In this document: in pieces, positions 1-12,586 of the stretch
Numbering within the stretch: the first letter of the stretch is position 1
How the letters are laid out: every line of letters starts with the position of its first letter
Assembly: GCA_030704615.1 (NCBI GenBank)
Contig: CM060731.1
Span: 2,604,001 to 2,668,000 of the forward strand
Direction: 5' to 3'
DNA from: Takakia lepidozioides
Lineage: Eukaryota; Plantae; Bryophyta
DNA length: 64,000 nucleotides
The notes under the pieces: model-generated
Database searches by the model: none
The model's input: the letters and a program-made list of their open reading frames with translations, nothing else
Told to the model about the DNA's origin: nothing
Translations under genes and position numbers: made by a program

Positions 1-465
1 AGGAACCGATATAGGGAAACACCCCCATGATACACTAGCTGTAGGTCATGACTAATTGTTCTGAGCGGGAGGAGTACTTAGAGATATCCAACTCTTCTAT
101 CTTGGAGTATCCACCTCGGATAGCGAAGGGATGGGTGAGTAAAAGCCGCTCAACATTTGACGACCATACTGGGGAACTGAGTCAAGAACAACCAGATGTG
201 ACAGGCATCTGGTAGGATCATGGTGGATGGAGAATCAAGGAATTTGATGTGATCAAATTCCCTGTGAAACTGAGAAAGAAAGATTGTCCAAACAATTCTT
301 TCAGAGGTTCTTGGAACCGCCAGACGGTTGCAACGAAAATATTCTCAAGAGAGTGCATGATGCTGATCTAGAGTGGGGTTTGGAAAAATGAGTGATAAAC
401 CACTCCGCCGTGCCTCAGCCCCAGCCACCCCCCGCACACCACCTCTCGCCTCGGCCCTTGTAACA
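1..465. mobile_element. Possible LTR fragment truncating the 5' end of the family-A ParB-MTase gene
   Basis: Ends in TGTAACA (459-465), an LTR-like terminus, right where protein similarity to the family-B ParB exon begins. No other support. Confidence 0.25.
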
Positions 466-3400
466 GAGAACATCAAGCAGAGTTGGGATGCATGCTGGCG
501 GGAAGTGAACAGGGAGTTCGAGGCCAAGCTGTCCAAAAAGGCCTCGACAAAAGCGTTTATGGGAAAGATATTTTTTGTTTTGGACGGGAACCATAGACTG
601 CTTGCCTGGATGGATTACATTTCAAGCTTGCACTCAGACGAGATCGAATGGCATTGGAGCGTGGTTTCCATGGTACTCGATCAAAGGATGTGTCACGCAA
701 CTTTTGACAGCCATGCACGACATAAATAAGTAAGTTATCAACCTTGTTCCCACCCGATCTGCGCTTTTACACTTGGAAATTGTCTTATAAGTTGAAGGTT
801 TTTTTCAAGTCGAATGAAACCTCCCATGTGACGACCAATCTCTGCCACACTCTATTCCGTATCCAGAAGATAGGGTTGATGCCACTGGAGTCATTCACGA
901 ACATGCTCAGGCCTCAGCAGATGAAGAGGTGTGCTGAAAAGAAGACAAGCACATGGTACAGCCTAACAAGGGAGGCTTTTCTTGACTACATGTACACGGT
1001 AAGCTTCTTGACATCTATTTGTTTGTTGTCAGGGTGAATTTTTCCAAGAAACGCCTATGTTTGATTTTTTACATTGGTAATGTATGCAGCAAGAAATAGC
1101 AGAGACTGGCTTGAAGGCGAAAGCAGAATACTATGCATCCCACACAGAAGAGCAGAGGTCTGCAACTGGGCTTGAGGACATTATGAGATTTGAGATGAAC
1201 AATCAAAGGAAGAACAAATTCGCATAGCAGATCCAAGTCTAGGCACGGAATTTCTGGAGCAGGTGAAAGCACACTATGACAAGTATGGCTCCAAGCCAGA
1301 AATGACCCGAGAGAAATTGCATCGCCTTTCCATATCAATGGTGGACAATGCAACCAAAATCAGGTGGTTGGAGATCTGGAATTCGGATCCACTTGTGAGA
1401 GACACCAACATGTTCCCAACTCCTGAGAGGGACTCGAAAACACAAGCAATAAAAGTTGTGAGCGATCACACATTCGACCAGTGGCTGCACAAAGCAACCT
1501 TCTGGATCCAGGTAAGGCATTTGCAAAACCATTTTGAAATGATTGTGCACATTCGTGCTCTCTCCCAAATTCTTATGATCTTGCTTGCTGCAGTTGGAAA
1601 AACGAGCGGTGGCTGCACTTGGGGAGTCAATGGAAGACTACAAAATCCAGATGGCTCAACCCCGGATCACACTGGAGGCCTATATCAGGAGATGGAAGCT
1701 CGCTGTCTGGAACATCTACTTCTTCAGGGAGTTTGAGAGAAACAAAAGAATCTCCAGATCCCACGAATTCAAAAACCAGTACAACAGCGAGCAAGCAATG
1801 AAACGAGTGTTGTACATGTTTGACCTCCCAGAAACTGGTGTGTTGCTAGAGGTGTGTGTTTCAATATTCTTGTGTCATGTTTTCTATGGAGAATTTTGAA
1901 TTTGCAGGTCTCGAGGGAGTTCTGAGGGCTCTGGAAGTAAAGCCGCGCAACATTGCATCAACGCAAGCTTGTATCGCGGTTGCAATGCCCAGGTCTTGAT
2001 CTTCATGCATGTGTGGTTTTGGTTTCACTTGCCTGTACGTGGGGTCTCCAATGGTGTCGTTTTTTGCATTGTAGCCTGTTAAAGGGCACAAACCGCAAGA
2101 CAAATCAACCTTGCGTCAACGCAAGGCTGATGGAGGGCCATGGATATTTCAAGGGTCAGTAGGTTTTCCTGAATTATTTGGCTTTTGTTTGCTGTCGTTT
2201 CTTGTTCCGCTTCTACCAGGATGAACATGAAGTCTGTCTAGAGTGAAACGGTGTTTAGGGCTTATACTGTACCGCCAAACAGCCTTGCATTGACGCAATA
2301 TTGTTTGACAGTCTGGATTGCTAGATAGGGCCCACGGAAATCGCACAATTTCCATAATATTGTAGGGTAGTTAGTGTCATCAAACACCATGGATAGGTAT
2401 TTTTGGCAGAGGTATTCAACCTTGCGTCAACGCAAGGTTGAATCCCCATATGAACAAATCTTCGAATGGTTGTTTTCTAGCAATGTTTTCCATTTCTACT
2501 GTACGTGAAATCAACCTTGCGTTAACGCAATGTTGAATTCCACTGGTCAATCCCTGTCTTTTTTCATGCAACATTATCACATGTGGATCCGCCAATCAAC
2601 CTTGCGTCAACGCAAGGTTGATTGGGGATTCCAAGTTTTGCATGCGATGGATTGTGATAATGGACTTTTTCATCTGGTAAGTGTTCGTTGAAAGTGCAGT
2701 TCTCAACATTTGGGGATTTCCTTTTAAGCTCGAATCAACTTTGCGTCAACGCAAGGTTGATTCGGGCTGATAAATGTTCGTTTTGACGGGTTTATGATCT
2801 GCTTTCCAAAACCCTTCTGATGAGGTATGCTTTGTGAGCTGTTCAAATCGAATGACTGTCTGAGTTTTTGGTGTGTGTGAGTCAAGTACATGTATCATGT
2901 CCTCATACCGGGAAAGTACCTTAGCGATGACCCTGACTTCATCTACTCATGGGCTGACCCCTGCAATGACAAGACAATGTACACGGCTGGTATTGCCAGA
3001 GACTGGAGCAGGGCGCATTTCAGAGACTATGGGTGGTACCTCGATCTGCCAAAACAGGACACACCATTCGATGAAGTGGTTCTGAGAAACCTTAATGACA
3101 ACGCCGCGGCACTTGCCCCGCTTGCTGACAAAGACATTCAGGACAGAATCATTCAAGCTCTGGCTACAAAAGAGCCTGAGAAATCGGCTACTCCAAAACG
3201 GAAGGGGAAGATTGTCGGGGATCCGAAGGGGAAGGGGAAGAATGCAGCTACGCAGGAACAAGGCCCCTCACAGGGCGCTGAAAGACAACCTTCTCCAACT
3301 AGGAGGGATAAGAGAACACCAAAGTCGAGGGAGCAGCCTTTCGAGGCGAGAGAGCATCCATCCAGGGTTTTGGGCCAGTTCCACCGTAAGGTGGTGAATG

Positions 3401-4347
3401 AAAGTTTTCTGGCAATGATGGAATCCAGGAAGTCCACATTCAAAGGGGTGCTGTCAAAATCATGGGACATGCTTGTTTCGTTCCTTACTCAGGTAAGCAC
3501 ATATGTCTTTACTGTGGCATGAATGATTTTGTTTTGGCAACTCGTTTTGACTTAGCAACAAGATTGATTTCGTATTGGATTTTGATTAGGCTTGTGATAC
3601 TGTCTTTTGTTTTTTGGTACAGGTCACAAAAAGGCCGGATTGGGTGAATGGAGTTCAGCAGGCGTACGCGACTGACCTTGTGGTCCTGGACATTCCTGAC
3701 GGTTTGCCCGTCCCTGATGTGTTACCTTCCAATGCAACCCCTACTTGGAACAAATCGGATTCTTGTTACTAGCAGTGGGCTTTCTCATTCAGCAACAAAT
3801 TCCTTTCTGACTCAAGGGCTCTTCTTCTCATGCAGTCAAAGGACATGTCGGCACGGAGAACTCTTTTCAGCTACATGAAAGCTTCCGGGTTTCGCGTCAT
3901 CAAAACTTGGACATGCATCAACACCCTGCCTCTTACGAAGGGCGAGTTCCCGGGGCAGAAAGTGAGTTGGTTCCTATCAATGAAAGTTTCGTGCTTCTCC
4001 AGAAAGTGTCAAAAGTAGGTTATGTCTTTTTGCTCATGCTCTCTTCGAAATTTGTGGCAGACTCGGGTGGTCGAAGATTTGTGCCTGGTGAGGGTGCGGA
4101 AGGACACCCTTCCTCCTGGTATTGTTGAGTTCCAGTTGAGGGACCTTGCAGCTCACATTGACCCCACCTGCGAGCCTGTCGAGGATGATGTAATCTTCAA
4201 TTACGTGGACTCGGGTCGAACTACGAAAAGGTCGAATGGTGTCCCTTGGAGAGGTGCCCGGGAGAAATCCCCAGCTTTTATGCAGACTTTGGTGGAGACA
4301 TGCAGCCGTCACGGTGGTCGAGTAGTTGACTTGTCTATTGGCACAGG
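466..4347 (+). pseudogene. Family-A spliced gene: ParB/Srx-like domain fused to a beta-class N6A/N4C DNA methyltransferase-like domain (copy A1, truncated at both ends)
   Basis: Exons match the family-B protein: FFVLDGNHRLLAW (~570-610), SHVTTNLCHTLFRIQK, EKLHRLS, TLEAYIRRWK, WYLDLP, VVNESFLAMME, DLVVLDIPDG (~3675-3703; motif IV-like) and REKSPAFMQTLVETCSRHGGRVVDLSIGTG (motifs X/I). GT-AG introns. In-frame TAG at ~3770. Confidence 0.75.
1948..2764. repeat. Dispersed array of the 26-bp palindrome TCAACCTTGCGT-CA-ACGCAAGGTTGA (family-A site) in a long intron
   Basis: Good copies at 2105-2130, 2416-2441, 2511-2536, 2596-2621 and 2735-2760. Degenerate copies near 1948 and 2282. Spacers are unique and irregular. 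Confidence 0.9.
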
Positions 4348-7155
4348 TGGGGCCCTCACGGCAAGCGCGGGGAGGCTCATCTTTCTCGAGTTGAGCCTCA
4401 CCACGCCTAGCTATGGCGTCGTAGTGTGGATTCCCCATGGCGTGGGGTGCACTTGGCTTGACTTGTATTTGAGTGATGAGTTTATATATGCATGAGTTTA
4501 TGCTTCAGCTTTATGAGCTCGCATGAGCTTGTGCTTGTATTCTTCTTCTTTATCACTCGAGAAAGATCAGCTTGTATTTGTTAGTGCTAGATACGAGTTA
4601 GTTGTAGCACTTGTGGTTTTTGCTTGAGAATGAGAGAAATCAGGTTTGGATGCGAGGAGCGTCATCAAGTTCGTGGTTGTTAGGAGCAGAGGCGATGTGG
4701 GTTATGAGGTGGTAGACCTTGGCATTCGAGCTTCAGCTTCAGAGATGAAAGCACCATGCTGCAGGTAATTCCAGAGCACCTTGATGGTTCCAGATTGTGT
4801 ACATGCATGAGCAAGCACGATTGGGAAGAGGATCAGTCAAGAGCAGGTTATAGTGGCTTTGGTGGCAAAGTTGAGAACGGCCTTGGGAATGCGAGCTTTC
4901 ATTGTGTGAAGGATTGCAAGACCAAGCTAAAGGGCTAATTTGGCTTGGGGCAAATCAGTGCACTTTGTGGAGTATGTTGAGATTGGGTTTCAATCTCGAG
5001 CTTCAGCATTGAAAGGGCTCTTGCCATCGCAAGAGCAGGGCTAGAACAAGAGCTAAGAGGTGCGGCAAGGCCATGGAATGTGCACCTAGGGTTTCAGAGC
5101 TTGGAAGAAGAACTCTTGCACCACAAGAGGAGTGTCTTGTGGCTGGAAATGTAAGCCTTAGGGTTTCAGGAGCTTGGCAAAGGCTGTGGAGTGCTTAGTC
5201 TTGTCTTAGAGAGCATCAAGGAGCCAAGGACCCAAGATAGGAGGCTGATACCTCTTGTGTGAAGGGGTTGCATGGTGGAGCATGCATGCAGCCCATTGAA
5301 GCTTCCATCTTCAAGCTTGGAGGGCAAGCAAGGAAGAGGGAAGGGCTGATTTCTCTTATGTGAGGGCAATGCATGTGTGGAGCATGCTTTCAGCCTGTTG
5401 AAGGCTTGTACTTTCAGGTTTGGGGGTGCAAGAATGGAAGGAAGGGGCTGGTTTCCCTATAGGGCATGTGTGGAGCATGCCTTCAGTCCATTGGGCTTTT
5501 ATTTTCAAGCTTTAGAGAGCTAGAATGGAAGGGCTAGGGCTGGTTCCCACTTGGGTGAAAGAAAAGCACTTGTAGGGCATATGTGAGTTGGGGTTTCAAC
5601 CTCAAGCCTAGATAGAGCATGGCTCTTGAAGTGGCAGGTGTAGGGGGCTGGAATAGGCTCTAAGACACATGCTATGGCCAAGGAGAGCGCTTGAATGAGT
5701 GCTCACAAGGGCTGGAAACCAGCAAGGCTTGGTTGTCTGCCATTGAGTTTAGTGGTGTGTTTGGGGAGTCTAAGTGAGAAAGAAGGCTTGGTTTGTGGCA
5801 ACCATCTTCCTCATGGCTTAGGACTATTATTGGTGGTGTGTGGGAGCCGAAAGAGCAAGAATACCTTGCTGATTTCCTCATAGCCGCCATAGCTTGGTGC
5901 AAAGAAGCCTAGAGTCCAAGAGACACAAACCCTAGCTTGGCGTGGCCTGTGGGGCTGTGATGGGCTGTGCCATGTGGCCTTTGGGGCTGTGACAGGCTGT
6001 GACCTGTGGCCTGTGGGGCTGTGATGGGCTGTGACTGGCTGTGCCCTGTGGCCTGTGGGGCTGTGATGGGCTGTGACTGGCTGTGCCCTGTGGCCTGTGG
6101 GGCTGTGATGGGCTGTGATATGTGACCTGTGGGGCTGTGACCGGCTGTGATAGGCTGTGACAGGCTGTGGCCTATGATGCTGTGACCTATAATGCTGTGA
6201 CCCTATCACCTATGTAGGGCTGTGACAGGCTGTGACCTGTGGCCTGTGGGGCTGGGACAGGTTGTGACCTGTGGCCTGTGGGGCTGTGATGGGCTGTGAC
6301 AGGCTATGATCTGTGCCCTGTGGGGCTGTGATGGCCTGTGTGGGGCTGTGATGGCTGTGACCTATGGGGCTGTGGCGGGCTATGGCCTGTGGGGCTGTGA
6401 TGGCTATGACTGGCTGTGGCTTGTGGGCCTGTGATGGGCTGTGGGGCTGTGGCCTGTGTGGGGTTGTGACGGCTATGACCTGTGATTTGTGTGGGCCTGT
6501 GCTGGTCTGTGGTGGCTCGTGTTGACATGTGGACGGCCTGTGTTGACTCGTGGAGGCACTGGTGGACTGCCTGAGGACTAGCATGTGGTCTTGAAGGCCA
6601 AATTTTGAAGCTTGTGGAGGGCGGTTTGAGGAGTATCTTCATGATATTCCCATGGTCATGCAAGTGAAGGAAGAGAGGAGAGGAAGAGTGTTGGGATGAG
6701 GGCATGCTGGGGATAGGCATTGCTTTAGCTTCTCTTCCTCGTAGTTTTCTACCCTCTCATTAGGCCAAGACCTTTCCGTAGGTGGAGGCAAGAGTCAGTC
6801 CGGGTTTGGGCTGGGGTGTCCTTGCAGGAGCAACACCGTGGAGTTGTTTTTGATGTGGGGGAGTTGTCATTCTGATTTCTTGTGTTTGGATCCCCTCCAT
6901 ACCTACATGCTTGACTGTGCGCCATGTTAGTTTTGTGTGGGCGCTTGTTTTTATAGGTGATTGGTCCGGATTTGATCACCGGCCAGTCCTAGAGCATGCT
7001 GTCAATGGTGAGGCTGGGGTGATGACCAGTCAGACCATCATTGTTTCTCCTGTGGTGAGGTTGGAGGTGATGACCAGCCAACCATAGGAGTGCTTGCGGT
7101 GGATGCAGGTGCAGGTGTAGGTTATGTTAGGAACCTAGTATTCCAAACCGCAACA
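4348..7155 (+). mobile_element. Solo-LTR fragment (~2.8 kb) related to the LTR of the DNMT-bearing Gypsy element
   Basis: 6690-7155 is closely similar to 47568-48036 and both end in ...CCGCAACA. The 5' block GGCTCATCT...GTTGAGCCT is shared with ~45288. The left end looks truncated and no TSD is seen. Confidence 0.7.
5940..6500. repeat. GGCTGTG/GGCCTGTG-rich minisatellite inside the LTR
   Basis: Tandem degenerate units such as GGCCTGTGGGGCTGTGATGGGCTGTGAC. Confidence 0.9.
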
Positions 7156-8016
7156 GTGGGTTTTCTCCTTCAGCAACAAGTTCATTTCTGACGCTGGGGC
7201 TCTCGTCCTCGTCCAGGAAAATGATACGTTGGCTCGCAGATCTCTCTTCGCCTACATGAAGGCCGCTGGGTTTTGAGTCATCAAAACATGGATATGCATC
7301 AACTCCCTGCCTCTTTTGAAAGGAGAGTTCCCTGGACAAAAGGTGAGCCGTGCTTTTCCAATGGCATGTTAGAATTTCCTGTTGCATTCCTCGTTTTTTG
7401 TTTGCCTTGCATCACTGTTTGTGTGGGCTTCTTGCAGACTCGGGTGTTTGAGGCTCTGTGTCTTGTGAGAATGCGCAAGGACAGCCTCCCACATGGCATT
7501 GGTGAGTTTCAATTGAGGGACTTGGCGGCTCACATCGACCCCAGTTGTGACGCTGTGGAGGACGATGTTATTTTCAATTACGTGGATTCGGGGAGGACGC
7601 TGAAAAGGTCGAATGGTGTCCCTTGGAGAGGTGCGCGAGAGAAATCCCCAGCGTTCTTGCAGACACTCGTGGAGACATGCTACCGGCACGGTGGGCGGGT
7701 GGTGGACTTGTCCATGGGCACAGGTTGGATGTCTGTTTTCATCATGTTTTTTAGCTACAATGGCATCCATTTCGTCTGCTACAACATGTTCTTACTTTTA
7801 CTTATGGCTTGAATTACAGGGGTGTCTTTCCATGCCTGCAAGAGCGCGAGCAGACACTTCTTTGGCATGGAGGGGGATACAGAGCTCTTTTCGAGCAAAC
7901 TTGAGCGGCTGTCGTCGGGCTCAACATCTGCCCCCCAGACACAGGCGGTTTTGGAGGAGCCAGACGCTGCTGAGCCCGAAGATCTTGATGTGGACTCAGA
8001 TTTTGAATGTGAGTAA
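7156..8016 (+). pseudogene. Family-A methyltransferase-like C-terminal exons (copy A2)
   Basis: Diverged duplicate of 3773-4347 that continues further: REKSPAFLQTLVETCYRHGGRVVDLSMGTG, intron, then GVSFHACKSASRHFFGMEGD (motifs I-II of the N6_N4_Mtase fold) and an acidic tail. Confidence 0.75.
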
Positions 8017-8139
8017 GTCATGTTGATGGTCTTGTGTGCAGTTGTTTACTTGCGAGTCTGTAGAGTCTGCTGGAGAGGTAATTGGAATGGTATGCTGAGA
8101 GGACTGCTGCCGTGAGACTCATGAGATTCGTCTTGCAGG

Positions 8140-8562
8140 GTGCACTGGAGTGTTGTTGTCATCGACGTGCGGAAAGGCTGCTACACTCACATGAACTCCA
8201 TCGAGTCTTTGCATGGTTGCCCATATGTTTTGTCATGGATACGGAAGCTGCATGCGGAGTGTTTAGGCTACACTGTTGATTCACCGGGTTGGGAGGAGGT
8301 TAGGGCATTTTAGTTCAACCAGCCTGAAGTGCCCCAACAGCCATTCAGCTGGGAATGCGGGTTTTACGTCATGTCATTCATCCAAGGATATTATGAATGG
8401 CTACAAAGTGGGCATAATAGAACCTCTTCTAAAAGGGCAGAGAGAGGAGTACCTTTCACGAAACACTGGTTTACGTTCAAGTTTGCACTTGGCCAACGGA
8501 TGCAGTGTCTTAAGTACATCTTGACTGGTTTGACCGTTGCTGAGAAAGCAGTATCCTCATAG
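8140..8562 (+). pseudogene. Ulp1/C48-type cysteine protease remnant (typical MULE cargo)
   Basis: VHWSVVVIDVRKGCYTHMNS (catalytic His region) and PQQPFSWECGFYVM (Gln/Cys motif), frameshifted. Confidence 0.7.
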
Positions 8563-8698
8563 ATATCCATCTGGGCCCGAGATTAGAGGTGCACCATAGG
8601 ACACATTTGTCATGTAAGCATGCTTTTGAGCATTTGCAACGAAATAAAATATAACTTTGCATACACATCCTATTGGTCACATATGAGTGCAGTGTGGA

Positions 8699-10601
8699 GG
8701 GGAATGCTAGAGTGTGAGCCTAGCCACGCGAGCCCAGGAGCCTGTGAGCCCAAGAGCCTGACGTGAGCCCAGTCCACGTGGCACGAGAATGAGGGAAGCT
8801 GCAAGGTGTATTTCCCGTTATGCACCCATTACCGTGGAAACACGGCAAACATGACAAATCGGCAAATACAACAAACACGGCAAACCCTAATCCTAACCCT
8901 TAGCGAACTGCCATGTTCGTGAAGGGAAACAGGCTGGGAATTAAGGTGACGTCATTACAGCGGAAACACGGCAAACCGAGGAAACACTGCAAATCGTAAC
9001 CTCAAACCCTAACCCTAACCCTTAGCGAACTACCTTGTTCGCGGAGGGAAACAGGGCTGGGAATTAAGGGGGTGTAAGGCCCATGAGAATTCAAAAAAAT
9101 AAAAATAAAAATATTTATTTATTTATTTCCCGGCATTTGGATAGATGTCGTCGATGATCATCGTGAAATCAAGATCATGAAGAAATTGAGTGCGTTGACG
9201 CACTCAATTTCTTCGTGATCATCGACAACATCGACGACGGTGTTGTGCGGGTCCGGATTTTTACCTTGGGTACCCGGAGGGTTGAAAATAAAAATAAAAA
9301 AATAAAATAAAATATTGTTTTGTTTTTCGTCCCCCCCCACCCCCCCCCGCGGAGAACTGAGTGCGTCAACGCACTCAATTTCTTCATGATCATCGACAAC
9401 ATCGATGACGGTGCTGTGCCTGAAAATCCCGTTGGCGAAAAAAAGGTCCAAATAAGGCAGTTTTCGCCAAAAACTAGGGGTCTCAAACAGGTCCTCGCCT
9501 GTGGACCCATGGGAGGAGCACAAATGTAGCCATGGCGGGCCCCATGCAGGATGATCTGACGGGCCAGATGAGGAGTGGGTTCAGGATTGTGGGGCCTCCT
9601 CCGTTTCCCAAGGAGATGCTCGTCGCCGGTCTTGGGAGAACTATACACCTCATTTATACCAATTAACCTATGGTTTTCATATAGAATAGAAAGAGTTCAT
9701 TCGTCCTACGGTTTTCAACTATTTCTGCACTTCACCTTCTATTGCTCATCAACATCCATTTGATTCGCAAAATATGGCAAGGGTGGAAATGCATGTAGCC
9801 TACCAATTCGAGGAAAATTACCTAGAGTGGGCCACTTGCACTAGCCTACACCCAATATATATAGCCACTCCTACCCCTTTTCAAAATCCCTAAAAAAAAC
9901 CCTGGTTAGGGTCCGGGTTACCTATCCGGATCCGGACCTGTGCCATCACCAAAAACTCGGACCCTGACCCGGGTTCATTTTTAAAATGAACCCGTAATCG
10001 GACCCGGACGCGCCAGCTAGGTCCAGAACCCATTAAACCCGCTACTCGCGGGCCAGAGTTGGTATAGCCATCTTCCCTAGTTCACTAGTTGACTTTCTAG
10101 AGAGTTTTACTTTCTAGATAGTTCTACTATTGTTGGTGGGTTGAAAAACAACTCTCTAGTGGGTGTGGCTGTTGCAGGAGTATACTTATAAAAACAGTGA
10201 CCAGAGAAGGTTGGGGCTTGGTGAGAGTGGGGCCAAGTAGGATCACGGCTTGGGGCTTGTCTTCAAGGTGGAGCGCTTGGGGCTAGTGTAGGGTGGGACC
10301 AGCTGCGTGAAGTGCTTGGGGGTGGGAGTGCTTGGGGTTGACGAAGTAGGGCTGGGGGAATTGGGTCGATCGTCGTGCTTCTAAAGGGGACTCAATATTG
10401 CCGTGTTTGCCGTGTTTGGAAGTTTTGCCGTGTTCACCTCTTCTTCCAAAATATACGCTTCCACGGTAATAGGACCCCCTCTAAACCCTATCCTCGGTTA
10501 TAGGACTTGCTTCTCCATCCTCTAAACCCTGGGCTCATGCTTAGCAAGCGTGACCCAAGCTCCTGGGCTCATGCGGCTAGGCTCACGCCGTAGCTACGCT
10601 C
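8699..10601. mobile_element. Non-autonomous Mutator-like element (1.9 kb)
   Basis: 9-bp TSD CAGTGTGGA at 8690-8698 and 10602-10610. Imperfect TIRs GGGGAATGCTAGAGTGTGAGCCTAGCC / GAGCGTAGCTACGGCGTGAGCCTAGCC. Inner inverted blocks ATTACCGTGGAA and AAACACGGCAAA at ~8828-8990 and ~10398-10470. Confidence 0.8.
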
Positions 10602-10699
10602 CAGTGTGGAGTAGTCGTTGTAGACTTGTGACCAATTCACTGCATGTTGTTAAGCGGACTTACCCCTGCACACACAATCATTTTGTTTAACATACCAAG

Positions 10700-11240
10700 G
10701 GAGTCCACTGGTCAGCAAACAGCTGAGAGTTAGTAGACTGCCAGAGTACGGGAAGAGGGTATGCCTAGGCTTGTGAGCAGACAGAGGGCAATGTCGCCAG
10801 ACTGACGAGAGTCCGACAGACTGAGGAGTTAGGACCAGTCCGGCAGGCTGGCAGATGTGATTTGGAACCATGAGTCTGCACTGGTGAGCAGACTGTCGAG
10901 AGTCACCGGAGTGGTAAAGTATAAGCGGATGGCATTGGCCAGTAGACTGCCAAGTCTGGTCAGCAGAGTAAGTGAGAGTCCACCGTACTGAGAATGACCA
11001 GTCTAATGGGCAGACCGCATGAGGCTCACTGGTCAGCCACATGCAGGCACGTTCAGAACCGGGAGACTGGTCTGCTCAGGAGAAGGCTGGCACAGCAGAC
11101 TGTTTGAAGACTGAGTCCCAGCCTGATACAGCAGACTGGTTCAGACACCAGAAGACTCGTTGAGCAGACTGGTTCAGACGGTAGAAGACTGGTTGAGCAT
11201 ACTGGTTCAGATGCCAGAAGACTGGTTTATCAGGCTGGTT
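10700..11240. repeat. CAGACT/AGACTGG motif array including 3-4 tandem 33-bp units
   Basis: Units like GCAGACTGGTTCAGACACCAGAAGACTCGTTGA at ~11131-11235. Dispersed AGACT motifs upstream and again at 12625-12730. Confidence 0.75.
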
Positions 11241-11337
11241 GGCAGATAGGTTGGAAGTTTGGTGCACATGCAATCGTACTGCCGAAATTTTATTTCATCG
11301 GGAGAATGATACTGTGCCATTTCCTACATTTCTTACT

Positions 11338-12586
11338 CTACTTTACAACTGGTATATGGTCTGCGACCCTCCGGATTGTGGAGTATATGTGTGCTGCAGG
11401 TGTTGGGGCACCAACCCTCTTCCCTATTTTGCGTAAGACCCTGGGTCGCGTTTTCCATGCCTCAACGAAATCTTGTTTCCTTTTCAGCGACATATTGTTG
11501 TTGTCATTTACAGGACAGAAGCTCTTTGCTGCCGCACGGTGCAACATTCCTGCAGCACTCTTGGCGAGAATATCAACAAGCTGCCCCCTACAGATACGAA
11601 GAGAAGACAACACATGTTTCTCCAGGTATTTGTCGTCCCCAACAATGCGAAGTATGTCTGCAAATTCTTCATCCATGGAGGATGGTACGAGGACAGGTTC
11701 CGCATCATAGGGGAAGTCATCTGTGGAAGGGCCCTCTGTTGCATTTCCCAAACCCTCTTCGTCGCCGACACTTGCATGAACCCTAAACACATTATGCAAT
11801 CCTCCATGAATGGTTCCCAGCGCAGTGCCACAAGCGCGCACTATGAGTCCATCCTGCAAGGGTGGATGAAGTAACTTCAGGACTCGGACTTGATGCTTGC
11901 ACAAATTGCCCTTCATTGCCCATGGGCAAGTGCAAAAAGCCCATTCGCATCCGGGGTTGTAAACAATGTAAATTGTGTTTGGGTGATTGGTGCTTAGAAC
12001 ATAGGCTGGTTGCCCAGGATGGAACGGAAGAGTGACATTGCAAGCTGGGATATCGCGTGCCGCAAGCACAGAACTGGACATATACTTATCCTGTTTGTCA
12101 TTCCTTATGAATCCGTGCGTCTTCAGGTGAATTGCATACCAGTAGTGTGTTAGCACACGGCCTGTGAGTTCCCATATGAGCCAATCCACTCTACGCCTAG
12201 TCATTTTGCCTTTCCCCATCCTCAGTCTTGCCTTCAAGTTTCCATGGTATGCCTCAATGCTAGCATTGGTGTCTTGACTGGCATGCGGAACATGGCGAGC
12301 TGCTGTACACCACATTGCTATTTTAGGACGCCATTCCTTATCGATGTAGTCCAGAAATTCATGCCCATTCGGATATTTCTTTCTCATGCGTCGGAGCATT
12401 GTTGCTACCCATGCAAGACCTTCTTTGAGATTGCTTGGTCCACCTCTACAGTACATGAGGTCTCCCATATCTTTCAGCAAGTTTGCGGTAGTGATATGAT
12501 CTTTGGTTTTCACGCATGATTGCTTCACCCAAGCCCGCTGGACATGCCAAAGGCACAGGAAAATGAGCATTCCTCGAAAAACAGCC
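11338..12586 (-). CDS. MULE/MuDR transposase, C-terminal exon with SWIM zinc finger (5' part missing)
   Basis: LCLWHVQRAW (CxxH), DTNASIEAYH (catalytic E) and CTCPWAMKGNLCKHQ (SWIM). Splice acceptor at ~12587. Confidence 0.85.

Noticed and set aside
2105-2764. Palindromic repeats with unique spacers resembling a CRISPR array
   Set aside because: Spacers are irregular (about 60-290 bp), there are no cas genes, and the repeats lie in a spliceosomal intron.
5811-6720. His/Pro/Ser-rich ORFs
   Set aside because: They are translations of the LTR minisatellite.
8883-9025. CCCTAA telomere-like repeats (also ~17081-17105)
   Set aside because: Only 2-3 degenerate units; common telobox-like sequence in plant TEs.
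9907-10045. ACCCG/CCGGA-rich block resembling a hAT end
   Set aside because: No matching terminus or 8-bp TSD was found.
466-12586. Family-A gene and the minus-strand transposase as one element
   Set aside because: No shared termini are visible, their motif arrays differ, and the orientation is convergent, unlike element B. Left unresolved.
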